From assembly GCA_951406725.2 (NCBI GenBank), contig OX597832.1, positions 69,316,001-69,380,000 of the forward strand: a stretch of 64,000 nucleotides of DNA, in the 5' to 3' direction. A program made the translations under genes and the position numbers. The notes beneath the pieces were generated by a model. That model ran no database searches, was not told the origin of the DNA, and saw only the letters and a program-made list of their open reading frames with translations. The DNA is from Octopus vulgaris (Eukaryota). Below, one piece after another: positions 1 through 16,179 of the stretch (position 1 is the first letter of the stretch; every line of letters begins with the position of its first letter).

Positions 1-50
1 ATATATATATGTGTTATTGAAAGGGCAGCTGCTGAACCAGAATCTTTTTT

Positions 51-3000
51 GTGCATGTCACAAAAGATTGTACAGCAGCTAACCTGGCTCCATCAAACTC
101 AAACTCACAGATGGGACTATCCACAATACATAAAATGCCACAGCAAATAGACCCAAGGTGGACACCACTGGCAACAACGCACACATCCACCTCGATGCTC
201 CTATTGAACATCAGAGGACTGCTAACACTCAGTAACAGGACAAAAAACCCTTTCTTGAGAGACCTTGTTGCATGCAATCAAGGCTTATGCATAGCACTTA
301 CGGAAATACACCTGAAACCGGACATAGCAGATGCGGAAATACACATACCACAGTATGTTGTACTACGGACCGACAGAAAAGAAAGGAGTCATGGAGGAGT
401 TGCTATGTACATCCGCGAGGACCTCACATCCCAGGTCCTTTTGTCATACTCAAATTCGGTGTGTGACACACTAATTGTACATATAAGGCAACTCGATATA
501 GTTACATGTGTTACATATTGCCCTCCAGATACTCCAAGTCATGTAGGCAAGTTTGAAGACTGCCTTACAAAACTAGAAGTTCTAGTCACATTAGAACAAC
601 ACATAAGTGTGCTTCTTATTGGAGACTTCAATCTGCCCAATGTCAGATGGCCCGAGAGCCTTTCTCTCCCAGGAATGACACGATGCAAACAAGGACAGGT
701 GAGGTCCCTCCTGAACCTCATCAACACTCTGTACATGGAGCAAATAATACTCCAACCAACCAGGGCAGGTAAGATACTGGATCTCTGCTTCACAAATAAT
801 ATGGATCTCATCCATAATGTGAAAGTGACACCGACACTACTCTCGGATCACAACATGGTAGAGTTGACCATGTATGGGCCAAAGGAAAGCATGGACATGC
901 ATTCTACAAGAAACTCTCAGAATCTTTCCAGCTTGAACTTCCATAAGGTAAACTGGAAACAAATTGAGAAAGAGATCCTCAAACAAATCTGGCCTGAATG
1001 TCTCTATTCACCAGACATCAACATGAAACTTCAACAATTCATGTCTGTAATGCAAGCCATATGCTACAAATGTGTCCCAGTGAGAAAGGCCACTGTACAC
1101 AAGAACAAAATCCCCAGAGAGAGGAAAATTCTTATGAGACGGCGTACAAAAGTTTCAAATCACCTAAACAAACAAATTGAAAGCAGTGAAAAGTCCCGCC
1201 TGAAAATAAAACTGTTGGAAATTGAAAAATGTCTGCAACTCTCCCATGAAAAAGAAAGAGCAGACAAAGAAGCCAGGGCTATAGACAACATAAAATCTAA
1301 CCCCAGAGCTTTCTACAAGTTTGCCAAAGAAACAGCTACGGTGCACTGTAGGATAGGGCCACTCCTTGAAAAAGATGGTACACTCACAGGAAATCCAATG
1401 AGGATAAGTGAAATACTAAATGAGCAATTCAAAAGTATTTTCACTCCACCTCTAGGGCATTTTCTAGTCAGCAATCCAACTGACTTCTTTACCACTGCAG
1501 ATATAGGATCAGAGGCAACGATGATTGATTACATCAATATAAAGGAAGACGATGTAATAAAGGCTATAGATGAAATGAACCCAAACTCAGCTACTGGCCC
1601 TGATGGATTCCCAGCAATCCTTCTAAAAGTATGTAAGAGAGTCCTAGCAAGGCCACTGCAGTTCCTCTTTCAGAGCTTCCTTGCAACTGGCAAACTTCCA
1701 AGAAAACTGAAGGAAGGTAAAATATGCCCTATTCATAAAGGAGGTAGTAGAGCGGAGGCCAAGAACTACAGACCTATTTCTCTGACCTCACACATCAGCA
1801 AGGTCATGGAACGAATAGTCAGAAGGAAACTAATCGCCTTACTTGAAGAAAATAACTTGCTGCTTGACACCAAACATGGTTTCCGACCAGGAAGAAGCTA
1901 CCTAACTCAGCTCCTACAGCACTATGACTGGGTGCTGAAACGACTGCTCAACCACTCAAATGTGGAAGTCATATATCTCGACTTTGCAAAGGCCTTTGAT
2001 AAAGTCAATCATGGAATGATATGTCCCAAACTGCGTGATCTTGGCATAGTTGGAAAATTGGGAGAATGGCTTTATGACTTTCTGAAGGATAGAAGTCAGG
2101 TGGTAGTAGCCAATGGGACCACCTCCATTAACACATAAATAATGAGCGGTGTTCCGCAGGGCAATGTTTTGGGATCACTGCTGTTCATAATGGCCCTCTC
2201 GGACATGCCCTCAGCCACGCAGAGAGCCACGATAACAAGTTATGCAGATGATACAAAAGTTTCACAGGTAATACAGAACCCTGAAGACACTATGCACCTG
2301 CAATGTGAGCTGGACAAAATATACAAGTGGGCTGAAAAGAATAGCATGCAGTTCAATGCTGAAAAGTTTCAAGCTTTATGCTATCAGCATGCAAAACTAA
2401 ATGCAATACCCAATAAATACACTGGACCTGGAGGGATTGCAATCCCAGAGGCACAATCAGTGTGAGACCTGGGTATTTACATGAGTAATGATGCAACCTT
2501 TCATGTGCATGTTGCTAAATTGGCAATGAAATATAGGTGGCTGACCGGATGGATTCTTGGAGCCTTTAGAACGAGAGACCAGGAAACCATGATGGTCCTC
2601 TGGAGGACACTAGTCCTAAACCACTTTGACTATTGCTCTCAGCTATGGTCACCATCCAGTGTCAAATTAATCATAGAACTTGAGGCGATCCAATGAAGCT
2701 ACATGAAGAAGATAGCCTCTGTGCAGCATATAAGCTATTGGGAAAAACTCAAGAGATTAAGGCTCTATTCCTTAGAGCGTAGGCGAGAAAGATATGCCAT
2801 CATATATATCTGGAAGATCCTGGAAGGACTTGTCTCAAACTTTGGCATCGGGAGCTACACAAATACTAGAACTGGGCACCACTGCATAATGCCAAGGACT
2901 CCAAATTTGCCATCAAGATGTAAGACAAGATACTGTGATAGCCTGGGCTTCTGAGGCCCACAGCTCTTCAATATCCTCCCGAAGAACCTGAGAGACCTGC

Positions 3001-3212
3001 ATGGGGTGGATGCAGATGTCTTTAAAATAAAACTGGATCTCTTCCTGTCAGGTGTCCCAGATGAACCAACTTCACGGCAGGAGGTGCAGATGAGGGCAGC
3101 TGCATCGAACTCTCTCATGCACCAAATGGAAATTGCTAAAATCATGTAGCAACACTGAATGGCGGTGCCCCAGCATGGGCACAGCTCGTGAGCTGAAACT
3201 AGATAAAATATA
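51..3212 (+). mobile_element. CR1-group (CR1/L2-like) LINE, ORF2 (APE endonuclease + reverse transcriptase), inactivated by 4 in-frame stops
   Basis: ORF segments 51-2138, 2142-2465, 2481-2696, 2703-2954 and on to TAG 3147-3149 are all in one frame. APE motifs LLNIRG, LTEIHL, GDFNLP, LDLCF, SDHN; RT motifs [30 protein letters not shown]; CR1-type C-terminus YSLERRRER. The 3' end has a stem-loop and A-rich tail running into (TA)n. Confidence 0.93.
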
Positions 3213-3564
3213 AAATATATAAATATAAATATATATATATGTATGTATATATATATGTATATATATATATGTATTGGAACGTTTGGAGATGAGGTACAGG
3301 TATTTTATATTAGAAGAAATGAGGTACTCAGAAAATCGGATGGTTTATATTTACAGATATTTATTTGTATATTACATTTTTTATATATCATATAACTTAG
3401 ATCATGTATTAGCACTTTCTCCCATTCTATTGGGGTTTTCAAATCGAACTAAGTTCCTGTGTGAAAAGTTTTGACCATTTTATAGTAGTATTGAGTTTGT
3501 AGTGGTGGAGAGGGATATCAGACAGTACAAGAGGGTGATGGATGAGGAGAATGTGAGAGAGAGA

Positions 3565-3620
<56 letters not shown>

Positions 3621-3887
3621 ACGTGTGTGTGTGTGTGTTTTTGTATTTGGAATGAGTGCTAAAGAAAAAGAGGGGAAGGAAGAGGGAAGAAGAAGAAAAT
3701 AATTTTTTTGCTCTGCTGGACAGCATGCTTACTCCAAGGGGGGGGGGTCTAAGATCTTGGGGGAAAAGAATTTCAGTTTTGACCATTTCATAGTGTTATT
3801 GAGTGTGTGGTGGCAGGGAGGTAGACCATAAATTATATTTCTTTTTATCATTGTGAGAGAGCGTGTGTGTGTGTGTGGTTAATATAT

Positions 3888-4033
3888 ATCATCATCATCA
3901 TCGTTTAACGTCCGCTTTCCACGCTAGCACGGGTTGGACGGTTTGACCGGGGTCTGGGAAGCCAGGGGCTGCACCAGGCTCCAGTCTGATCTGGCAGTGT
4001 TTCTACAGCTGGATGCCCTTCCTAACGCCAACA
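3888..4033 (-). mobile_element. 3' terminal fragment of the RTE family with (GAT)n tail
   Basis: Reverse complement closely matches 14075-14220 (ttggcgttaggaagggcatccagc ... ggaaagcggacgttaaacgatgatgatg). Confidence 0.85.
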
Positions 4034-4086
4034 ACATATAGGTATATATATATATGTGTGTGTGTGTGTGTATTTATATATATGTA

Positions 4087-4304
4087 TATATGTATATATA
4101 TATTACGGAGATGTACTTGCATAGCAAGTAATTTGATCTGAGATCGTGTGCTGAAACGAAAACAATTGCAGCGTGGAAGGTGTTTATAAGCCATTTAAGA
4201 AACACACAAAAGCCGTTCGATTCACATCAACATTTAAGTTTAATTTGTCAAAATATTTTCGTCGCTAAAATCCGCGACCTGTTCACTGACAAAGTCCGTG
4301 CTGC
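4087..4304 (-). mobile_element. Short CpG-rich interspersed repeat in (TA)n carrying a minimal hammerhead motif (probable Penelope-like LTR fragment)
   Basis: About 220 bp of complex sequence bounded by TA microsatellite on both sides. It contains the HHR fold at 4244-4293, and a homologous stretch occurs at about 50321-50378. Confidence 0.6.
4244..4293 (-). ncRNA. Minimal type-I hammerhead ribozyme with variant core (G3-C8)
   Basis: Minus strand reads UUUGUCA GUGAACA G GUCGC ggauuuua GCGAC GAAA AUAUU U UGACAAA: 7-bp stem I, 5-bp stem II, GAAA, palindromic stem III (AAUAUU), and core GUGAACA in place of CUGANGA. Confidence 0.65.
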
Positions 4305-4342
4305 ATATATATATATATATTTATATGTATATATATATATTT

Positions 4343-4392
<50 letters not shown>

Positions 4393-4470
4393 GTATATAT
4401 GTATATGTATATATGTATATATATATATGTATATATGTATATGTATATATGTATATATATATGTATATAT

Positions 4471-4501
<31 letters not shown>

Positions 4502-4577
4502 TATATGTATATATATATATGTATATATGTATATATATATTTATATGTATATATATGTATATGATGATGTATATATA

Positions 4578-4620
<43 letters not shown>
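4305..4620. repeat. (TA)n/(TATG)n microsatellite
   Basis: Directly visible. Confidence 0.97.
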
Positions 4621-4623
<3 letters not shown>

Positions 4624-4659
4624 CCTGAACTAATCTGCATTTTTTTTTTATTGAGTTGG

Positions 4660-4905
4660 ACTCAATCTACAGATGGGCTGAGGATAATAATATGCAGTTT
4701 AATGCTGAAAAATTCCAGGCCCTGTGCTACCAGCATAACAAAAATAAATTTTAAACTTACAGGGTACACCGGTCCACAGGGAATTTCAATCCCAGAGCCT
4801 AAGTCTGTGAGGGACCTGGATATCGACATGAGTGAGGATACCTCTTTCCAAGTGCACATTACCAGGATGGCGACAAAGTGCAGACACCTGGCTGGATGGA
4901 TCTGT
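4660..4905 (+). mobile_element. Fragment of the same CR1-group LINE family (post-YADD RT region)
   Basis: Aligns by eye to about 2320-2555; translates as WAEDNNMQFNAEKFQALCYQH and YTGPQGISIPEPKSVRDL. Confidence 0.85.
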
Positions 4906-4992
4906 AGCAATATTGCTATTTTCATTGCTATCTTCACTGTTTGAGAAAAACATTAGGAATGATCTCGTTTGAGATTACAAACATCTTTGGCT

Positions 4993-5136
4993 AACTTAAC
5001 GGTTCGGCAAAAGAGACCAGTAGAATAAGTACTAGGCTTACAAAGAATAAGTCCTGGGGTTGATTTGTTCGACTAAAGGCAGTGCTCCAGCATGGCCACA
5101 GTCAAATGACTGAAACAAGTAAAAGAGTAAAAGAGT
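4993..5136 (+). mobile_element. 3' half of tRNA-derived SINE family A
   Basis: Matches 8860-9010 (cggttcggcaaaagagacc ... gtgctccagcatggccacagtcaaatgactgaaacaagtaaaagag). Confidence 0.8.
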
Positions 5137-7449
5137 AATATGTAAATTACATACAAATGTATGTACATTCATACATACATACCTATGCAATAGAAAATAT
5201 GTACGACTGCATAGTTGAGCAGTTTGTTTTACAATCACCTTGACCTTAGACCCATATTCGTTGTTACTGAACCTTGTCCAAAGGTCTTCCACTGTAGCCA
5301 CCAGTCACCCAACCAAAACCATGTCTTTGAAATATTTGAAGAAGGATATATTTGTAACAGAATATAGATTCCAGCCGTATAAAATCACCCTCAATAATGT
5401 TTTTGCTTGACCCATTCAACCATGAAAGCAAAGAATGATATGAGGACTTGTGCTTTACCATTTCACCATATCCCAAATCAGCCAATGTGAAAAGAAGCCT
5501 CACTCCACATCAAATCCCATTCAGTTTTGTCTGCGAGCTGCTATAGCCTCACCACTTAGAAGCAAACTTCTGAACAATACGATGAGTTTCTTTTTTTCGT
5601 TTCTATTTTTTGTGCGTGTGAGCAAATTTCAGTCATGCTGTTGATACAGATTTATGAATTCTATGACATGTATTTAGAATTGTTACATTTTTTATCATCT
5701 GTGAAACCAAACCAAATAGCACATATAACCACCTTGTCTTGAGGAGCAGCAGATTAGAATGGAAGATGACTGAGGTTAAGATGTCTTGTCCAAACTATTC
5801 CAAGGATATAAATGATAATTTTGGGAAACAAAACCCCACAGAATTGGACATTACAATATTGTACAGAAATATATATATGCACTCACACACATGCACACAC
5901 ATTGAAATGTATGTATAGTAAGTGTTTGTGTGGAACTTTGTACATAAAAAAAAAACATTTCTTTATTCTTTAACATCAAATTTACACCTTGCCTATCAAT
6001 ATACTTAAAAGTGGTCCAGTTTTCCTGTCTGTTGATGACTTAGGCAAAAGATTAAAGGAGATTACATCATAAGGTAATACTCTTATCTTGTTGCTGATGA
6101 TGTATGATCTGGCACTGCAAAGCACCTTGGGAAAGGGTCTTTGCATATAACTGTGAGCCAACCAAAGCCTCGTGAGTAGATTTAGTAGATGGAAACTGAA
6201 AGAAGCCTTTCATATATGTGTATGTGCTTGCACCTCATCATTTTGACATCATGCGATAGTTGTAAATGTGTGTCAACCTCATACGAGTGGCTTCATTCCT
6301 TTCCAGTCTTTCATGAAAATATGTCCAGTCCAAGGGGATATTAGTATACTTGAAAATAGGTGAGGATTGGTGACAGGGAGTGCATCCAGCTGTCAAAAAT
6401 TCCCTTCAATAAATTCTATCTGACCCATGCAATTGTCAATATTGCAGACCAAATCAAATCTTTTATTTTTAGTTTCAAATTTATAATCTAAAAATCAGCT
6501 GGCATTTAGTGAGTATTTCCATATAAGCATGGTAATAAAATTTCATAAGATTTGTTTGGCATAGAGAGCTTTAGAAAACCAGATGCAGTTTGTCATGTGC
6601 AAGAGTACTGTTTGTGATATCTTGTTGTAGTGAAGGAGCATCAATTAAGCCTATGAAAATAGAGATACTACAATAAACACCAGCAAAACCTCACCACTCT
6701 GTACATGTTCAAAGGGATGAGGGAGTGCACAGTTCCTTGACACATAGTAGCCAAATACCCCTCAAAACACAATGTAATATTTTACAAAAGGCAAAAAATA
6801 AATTGGATGATGAATTATAATTTTCAGACTATTAAGTCCATCTTTATTAGAGATAGAATACATTTATAACATTAACTCTGCTTACATTCATTTTGATCAA
6901 TGTCATCTTTGTTACAGGGAGTTTTATTATTCCTGGATATGTAAAAGCTACAGAGACTACGGAGATGTGAGATGGACCAAGAAAATTTATTTATAAGCAA
7001 TGAGTAGTAATGCATTTATCCACTCATCTGTGCTGTGTACACATCCAAGAAAAAGCTGACAAAAGTAGACCTAAATGGATCAAAACATTAAAGAAATATA
7101 GATATTCAAAGAACTTAAATCTCTAAGGGCAATGCTAATAGTATGGAGAATGGTAATCATTTTATCAATAAGTAATCTCAAGACAATACAAAATTGCATA
7201 ACATAGTCTGGGATATAATATTTCTTCAATGGATGGAATTAATGAAAAAATTGGATTATGTCATTTATGGTGTTGTATTTCTGCTTTGTTTGCAGTGAGA
7301 GAAGCATATGGGCTGTTGTAGTCCATGGTATACTATCGCAGCCATGTATGATACCACAGAAGAAAGCAGGTGTTTTCAGGATTAAACATGCACAAAGAAT
7401 AGAAAAATGTAATTTGTACATTTTCCCAATTTATTTAAAGCTAAATATA

Positions 7450-7580
7450 TGTATGCATGTATGTATGTATGTATGTATGTATGTACATATGTACATACAT
7501 ATGTATGTATGTATGTATGTATGTATGCATGTATGTATGTACGTATGTACGTACATATGTATGTATGTATGTATGTATAA
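7450..7580. repeat. (TATG)n microsatellite
   Basis: Directly visible. Confidence 0.95.
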
Positions 7581-8618
7581 CATGCCTGTTTGTGTATATA
7601 TATATACACACATACATGATCATATATTTTCAAATCAAGGTGGAGAAAATAGTACTAAAATACTAAAGGCAGAGTAAATTACTGCTTAGAAACATATCTG
7701 AATGATCAACATTATATTAATGTTGACTTATCCATGCTTGCATAGATCAGATGGAGTTCATTGTGGCAGATTTTCTTTATTTAGATTCCCTTGCTATGGC
7801 CAACCCTCACCTGTTTCCCCGTGAGGTAATATTCAACCAACACCAGACATGTTTCTGCAGGGTATTGAAAATGAATGACACTGCTTCTATGACAGTGACA
7901 CGCATTTACAACTATCACATGATGTCAAGACAAGAAGACAACTATACACACACAACAGGGTTCTTTCAATTTCCATCTACTAAATCCACTCAAAGCTTCT
8001 ACTACAGCCCAAGGTCAGACCAAGTGTATAAAAAGAAACACTTGCCCAAGCAGCCATGCAGGAGGATTGAACCTGAAACTATGTAGTTTGGAAGCAAACT
8101 TATTAACCACAAAGCCATGCTTGCACCTTCCTTTCTAGGATGTGATTTGAGTAAGTTTGATTACTATTTCAAGCAAGTCTACAACCTGACAGTGTCATCA
8201 TCTTTGACTCTTGTTGATATTCTTGTGATTTAAACTCCAGGTTAGCCCTGATCTCAGCAAATATAGGATCAATGTCTCTCCATCCATGGCCATCATGTTA
8301 TTTTGCCTACACGTGAATATATTATCTGTATTTTCTTCTCTAAGATTGTAGGATATAATTTGAGAGAGATTTGGCTACCATTTTGAACATTCCTTTGTTG
8401 GTAAGATGCAAAACAAAGAACAATCATTCATTCAACTCACAAGAAATAACAGACAAATTCCCATTATAAATCTCACAATACTGTCTGAAGAATACAGGAC
8501 ACGTTAGATAATGTAATCCACGATATATTATGTGTGGAAAAACAAAAATGTGAAGGTTATGGTTAGAATGCCATTAATCAAAGAACTAGCCTAAATTTAA
8601 ACAACAACAACAACAGTA

Positions 8619-9012
8619 GGCACAGGAGTGGCTGTGTGGTAAGTAGCTTGTTTACCAACCACATGGTTCTGGGTTCAGTCCCACTGTGTGGCACCTTGGG
8701 CAAGTGTCTTCTACTATAGCCTCGGGCCGACCAAAGCCTTGTGAGTGGATTTGGTAAATGGAAACTGAAAAGAAGCCTGTCGTATATATGTAGATATATA
8801 TATATGCATGTGTGTGTTTGTGTGTCTGTAACCGCTGCTGGTGTGTTTATGTCCCCGTTACTTAGCGGTTCAGCAAAAGAGACCGATAGAGTAAGTACTG
8901 GGCTTACAAAAGAATAAGTCTCTGGGTCGAGTTGCTTGATTAAAGGCGGTGCTCCAGCATGGCCGCAGTCAAATGACTGAAACAAGTAAAAGAGTAAAAA
9001 GAGAGTAAAGAG
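8619..9012 (+). mobile_element. tRNA-derived SINE family A, near full length
   Basis: Pol III A-box-like TGGCTGTGTGG (8629-8639), B-box-like GGTTCAGTCCC (8672-8682), internal TG/TA stretch, LINE-like 3' stem-loop and gtaaaaga-type tail. Further decayed copies at about 6110-6220, 7955-8125(-), 27400-27520 and 27715-27865(-). Confidence 0.85.
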
Positions 9013-9379
9013 TATGAGGAATACAAACTATGATTCTCTCAGTTGGTCACAAGGAAACTCATTAATTCATTCCCATTCTCAACAATTATAGAGTTGTGAT
9101 TATATTTGATTAACTACACACAGTCTCCTTGGTGTGCTTTGACTGTGTTCCTAGTGAAAAGAAATCCAAGCAGATAATAACTTCATTATCCAGTGCCTTC
9201 TTAATTTCAAGAAGCACATTGAGAAAAGGCTCCCAGATTACTATGTGATAGTGTACAAATGCATTGGAATGTAGTCTACATTATTGTAATAATTGTTTAA
9301 CATAGAATGCTCTGTAAGGATATTGTGCAATGTAAGTTATGTATTTGGTAATCAAATATTTCATTGTTGCCTACCAGAA

Positions 9380-9490
9380 CATTCTGTGGAAGTTAAGTGA
9401 GTTGGTTCCACAATGGTCTTAAATTTCATAATTATTGCTCATTCTAGAGGAGCTAAGTGAGTTGTTTGCACAATGCTCTTAAATTTTACA
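9380..9490. repeat. Diverged 60-bp tandem duplication
   Basis: attctgtggaagttaagtgagttggttccacaatggtcttaaattt at 9381 recurs as attctagaggagctaagtgagttgtttgcacaatgctcttaaattt at 9441. Confidence 0.8.
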
Positions 9491-9661
9491 AGCATTCTTG
9501 AACACCATTCTCCTCCAGATCATATTGAAAACTTATCTGTCTGTCTGTTTGTCTGACCGGCTCTTTCTCTACCTTCCTCTGTTTTTGAATTTGATCAAAT
9601 CGACTTCAACTCTCACAAACTTTTCCTCTCTTTGACTTTACTCAGATTTTCTAAGAATCGA

Positions 9662-9663
<2 letters not shown>

Positions 9664-9732
<69 letters not shown>

Positions 9733-9785
9733 CCTATCTACCTACCTACCTACCTACCTACCTACCTACCTACCTACCTACCTAC

Positions 9786-9815
<30 letters not shown>
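9664..9815. repeat. Compound (CT)n-(CTAT)n-(CTAC)n-(CTAT)n microsatellite
   Basis: Directly visible. Confidence 0.97.
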
Positions 9816-9816
<1 letters not shown>

Positions 9817-10724
9817 CTTCCTTCACTTTCCTACCTACTCTTTCTGTCTCTCCCTCTCTTTCTCTGGCTCTTAGCCTCTGCTCATATGTCTTTTAAAGTT
9901 CAAAGTGTTTTGCTCTTTTTATTTCCCTCCCTTCTCACTCTCTCCTATTTCTTTCCATTTCCTTTCATCCCATCCTCTTCATCTCTCTCTCCATCCCCTT
10001 TCCCTCTTTGCAGCTCCCCAATCCACCCTCCAATTTTTACACAGGCACTGAAAACTAATCCTTCATATATTTTTCTCTTTCAAAAGTTACCTCCCACTCA
10101 AAACAACTTTTGTCCATGTCCATCTCTTTATATTTCTAGGGATTTCACCCCTTAGACCAAGCAGGGCACTATTTTCAATGGCTTAGTTTGCTAATGATTA
10201 TTTCACTGACCCTATAAAAGCTACCTAGCTGGGAACTGAACTCAGAACAAAGAACTGTAGCCTGGTACAATAAGGGATTTTTTCTCATACTCTACTGATT
10301 GTGTAATATACTTCCAAATATACATCTGTACATACATATGCACAAATACAATAGATGAAGACAGAGAGAGGGATAATTAATATATATATATGTTTACACA
10401 CAGCGGTAAAGTCAACAAGAAAAGTACTGCACTCACTGAGAAATAAATATTATTTGATAAACACAGCATTTAAATGTGAGCTTACTATAAGATTCATGCT
10501 CCAATGGTATAATAACCAGACAAGCCTGTATAGCTTGTATAGTAGCTCACATTTAAATCCTGTGTTTATTAAAAACAAGATTATATATATATATATATAT
10601 TTATTTAAATGTACATGCTCACAATAACACACACACACACACACGCACGCACACACACACACACGCGCGCACACACACGCGCACACACACACACACATAT
10701 ATATACACACACAATTATCATATA

Positions 10725-10760
<36 letters not shown>

Positions 10761-10931
10761 TATATATTTACACTCCAAAAAAGATAAGGAGTAGAATAGA
10801 TAAAATACAGACTGCAAATGTTTCATAACAAGCTGAAGTTTGTTACCTAAGAAGTAATGAACATAAATCAGCTTAGCTAATCTTCAGGTCTTAGTTACTT
10901 GATAGTATCTTTTTCCTGTGACAATCTGTAT

Positions 10932-14229
<3,298 letters not shown>

Positions 14230-14235
14230 ATATAC

Positions 14236-15745
14236 ATACTTGTGTAAACTTGGTTGTCCAACACATTTTGTGAGCATTTTTAAGGAACTACACAGAAACA
14301 TGAAAGCTCAGGTAGTCTTTAATGGTGATCTATCTCATGAATTTTGGGTGGACAATGGTGTCAAACAGGGAGTTATTCCTTGCCCCATACACTTTTCTCT
14401 ATTTATTTTCTTGCATTCCTTTGGTATACTTTCAAGGATTGCAAAAGAGGAATCGGAATCAGATTTCGAACATCTGGTCACATCTTTAATTTGACCCAGT
14501 TTAATTGCAAATCATAGACTTTCAAAATACTTGTTAGAGAATTAGTTTATGCCGATGATGCTGATTTGTTGGCACACTCAGAGTGACGATATGCAATATT
14601 TAATGGACAGATGTTCCACTGCATGTGTACAATTTTAAATTCACAACTAGTTTGGAGAAAACCAAAGTAATGTTTACTGCCATGTGAATGGAGCAAGGTT
14701 AGAAGTTGTTAACATCTTTGTTTACCTAGGAAACACACTATCAATAGATGGTAATCTCAAGGGAAGTGTTGCATTTTGAAAGCTCAAAAAGTGAGTATGG
14801 GTGGATAGAGGTATTTCCCTCTAGACAAATATCAGTATCTGTAAAGCGTGTGTATTGTCTGCATTTCTTTATTCAAGTGAGACATGGACCACTTAGAAGT
14901 GTCATATAAAAATGCTGGAGAGATTTCATCAAAAGTACCTCAGATGTATCTTAGGAGTCAAGTGGGAATGTTTCATACCAGATACAGAAGTTTTGCACAT
15001 GGCACATTGCAGCTCAATTGAATAACATGTTGTCTTGGCTCAAATGAGATGGACTGGACATGTTAAGAGAATGAAAGGTGAGCGATTGCCTAAGCATCAT
15101 TTTTATGGTGAGCTCAACTCTGGTAAGTGACTACAACATAAGCCGAGGAAACGATATAAAGACAGCATGAAGGAAAACCTGAAGAAAATAGATATGAACA
15201 AAAGTGATTGAGAAAATGATGCTCTAGATCAGAACAAGTGGAGAGGTTCTGTTATGATTGGTTGCAATGCCTGGGAGGAAAAGATGATTCAGCACTCTGA
15301 GCTTAAAAGGGCCTCTCGCAAAGGGACAATTGGAACTGTAATCAACAGTGAACATTGGATGTGTATTATATGTGATCGTGTTCTGTTCAGGATACGTGAA
15401 TCATATGAAGTCACAGAAAAATTGTAATGCCCAGATAAGTAATGATCTTGGATACCAAGCACCTTTCACAACTTGTATTATATGTCACAAAGCTTGTAAG
15501 ACAATATCTGGACTTAAAAGACATATGCTAGTTCAAAAAAATTCATTCAGAATCAGATTTCAAAGGACAAAGATATAGAAGAAAATTGAATAATATCTGT
15601 CATTTGTGTTTTAAACCCTGTCAGTCAGCAGCTGGTCTTAAAAGTCATCTAAGGTTTCATCAACGGAGTGATTGTGCTGTGTGATGGGGTGTGGTGTGTG
15701 TGTTGATGGAACGGCTATCATCTGTGAAGATGAAACAATCATCAT
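14236..15745 (+). mobile_element. Decayed RTE-clade LINE of a second family with C-terminal C2H2 zinc fingers
   Basis: KLGCP..F, NGVKQG, ELVYADDADL, FVYLG, MRWTGHVKRM, RLPK..FYGEL with many stops and frameshifts; fingers CIICHKACKTISGLKRHM and CHLCFKPCQSAAGLKSHLRFH. Confidence 0.85.
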
Positions 15746-15831
15746 ATATATATGTATATATATATATATATATATATTGTATGTATGTATGTAGAAATGT
15801 ATGTATGTATGTATGTCTGTATGTATATGTA

Positions 15832-16040
15832 CACCTGACTAGCTTCCATGCTGGTGGCACATAAAAAGCACCCACTACACTCTTGGAGAAGTTGGTGTTA
15901 GGAAGAGCGTCCAGCTGTAAAAACCTTGTCAAATCAGATTGGAGCCTGGTGCAGCCTCCCGGCTTGCCATTCTTCAGTCAAACCATCCAACTCATACCAG
16001 CATGGTAAGTGGAAGTTAAACAACAATGATGATGATGATA
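15832..16040 (+). mobile_element. RTE-family 3' end fragment
   Basis: Diverged match to 14030-14225 with (gat)n tail. Confidence 0.8.
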
Positions 16041-16179
16041 TATATAGTATCTGCTTTCTTGTATATGCGCAAAACCATTGCTAGAAAGAATCATTTAAAT
16101 GAGTCAACGAGGATGCAATATGAGGCCCTTGTATGACGCTTAAGCCCAACCAAAGATCTGCAATTTCTATTGTCTGATG

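Noticed and set aside
7295-7368. Exon-like segment (ttgcag|...EKHMGCCSPWYTIAAMYDTTEESR|gt)
   Set aside because: Weak donor, no recognisable protein family and no partner exons. It needs RNA-seq.
8619-8700. tRNA gene
   Set aside because: Only A/B boxes with no full cloverleaf; it is a SINE head.
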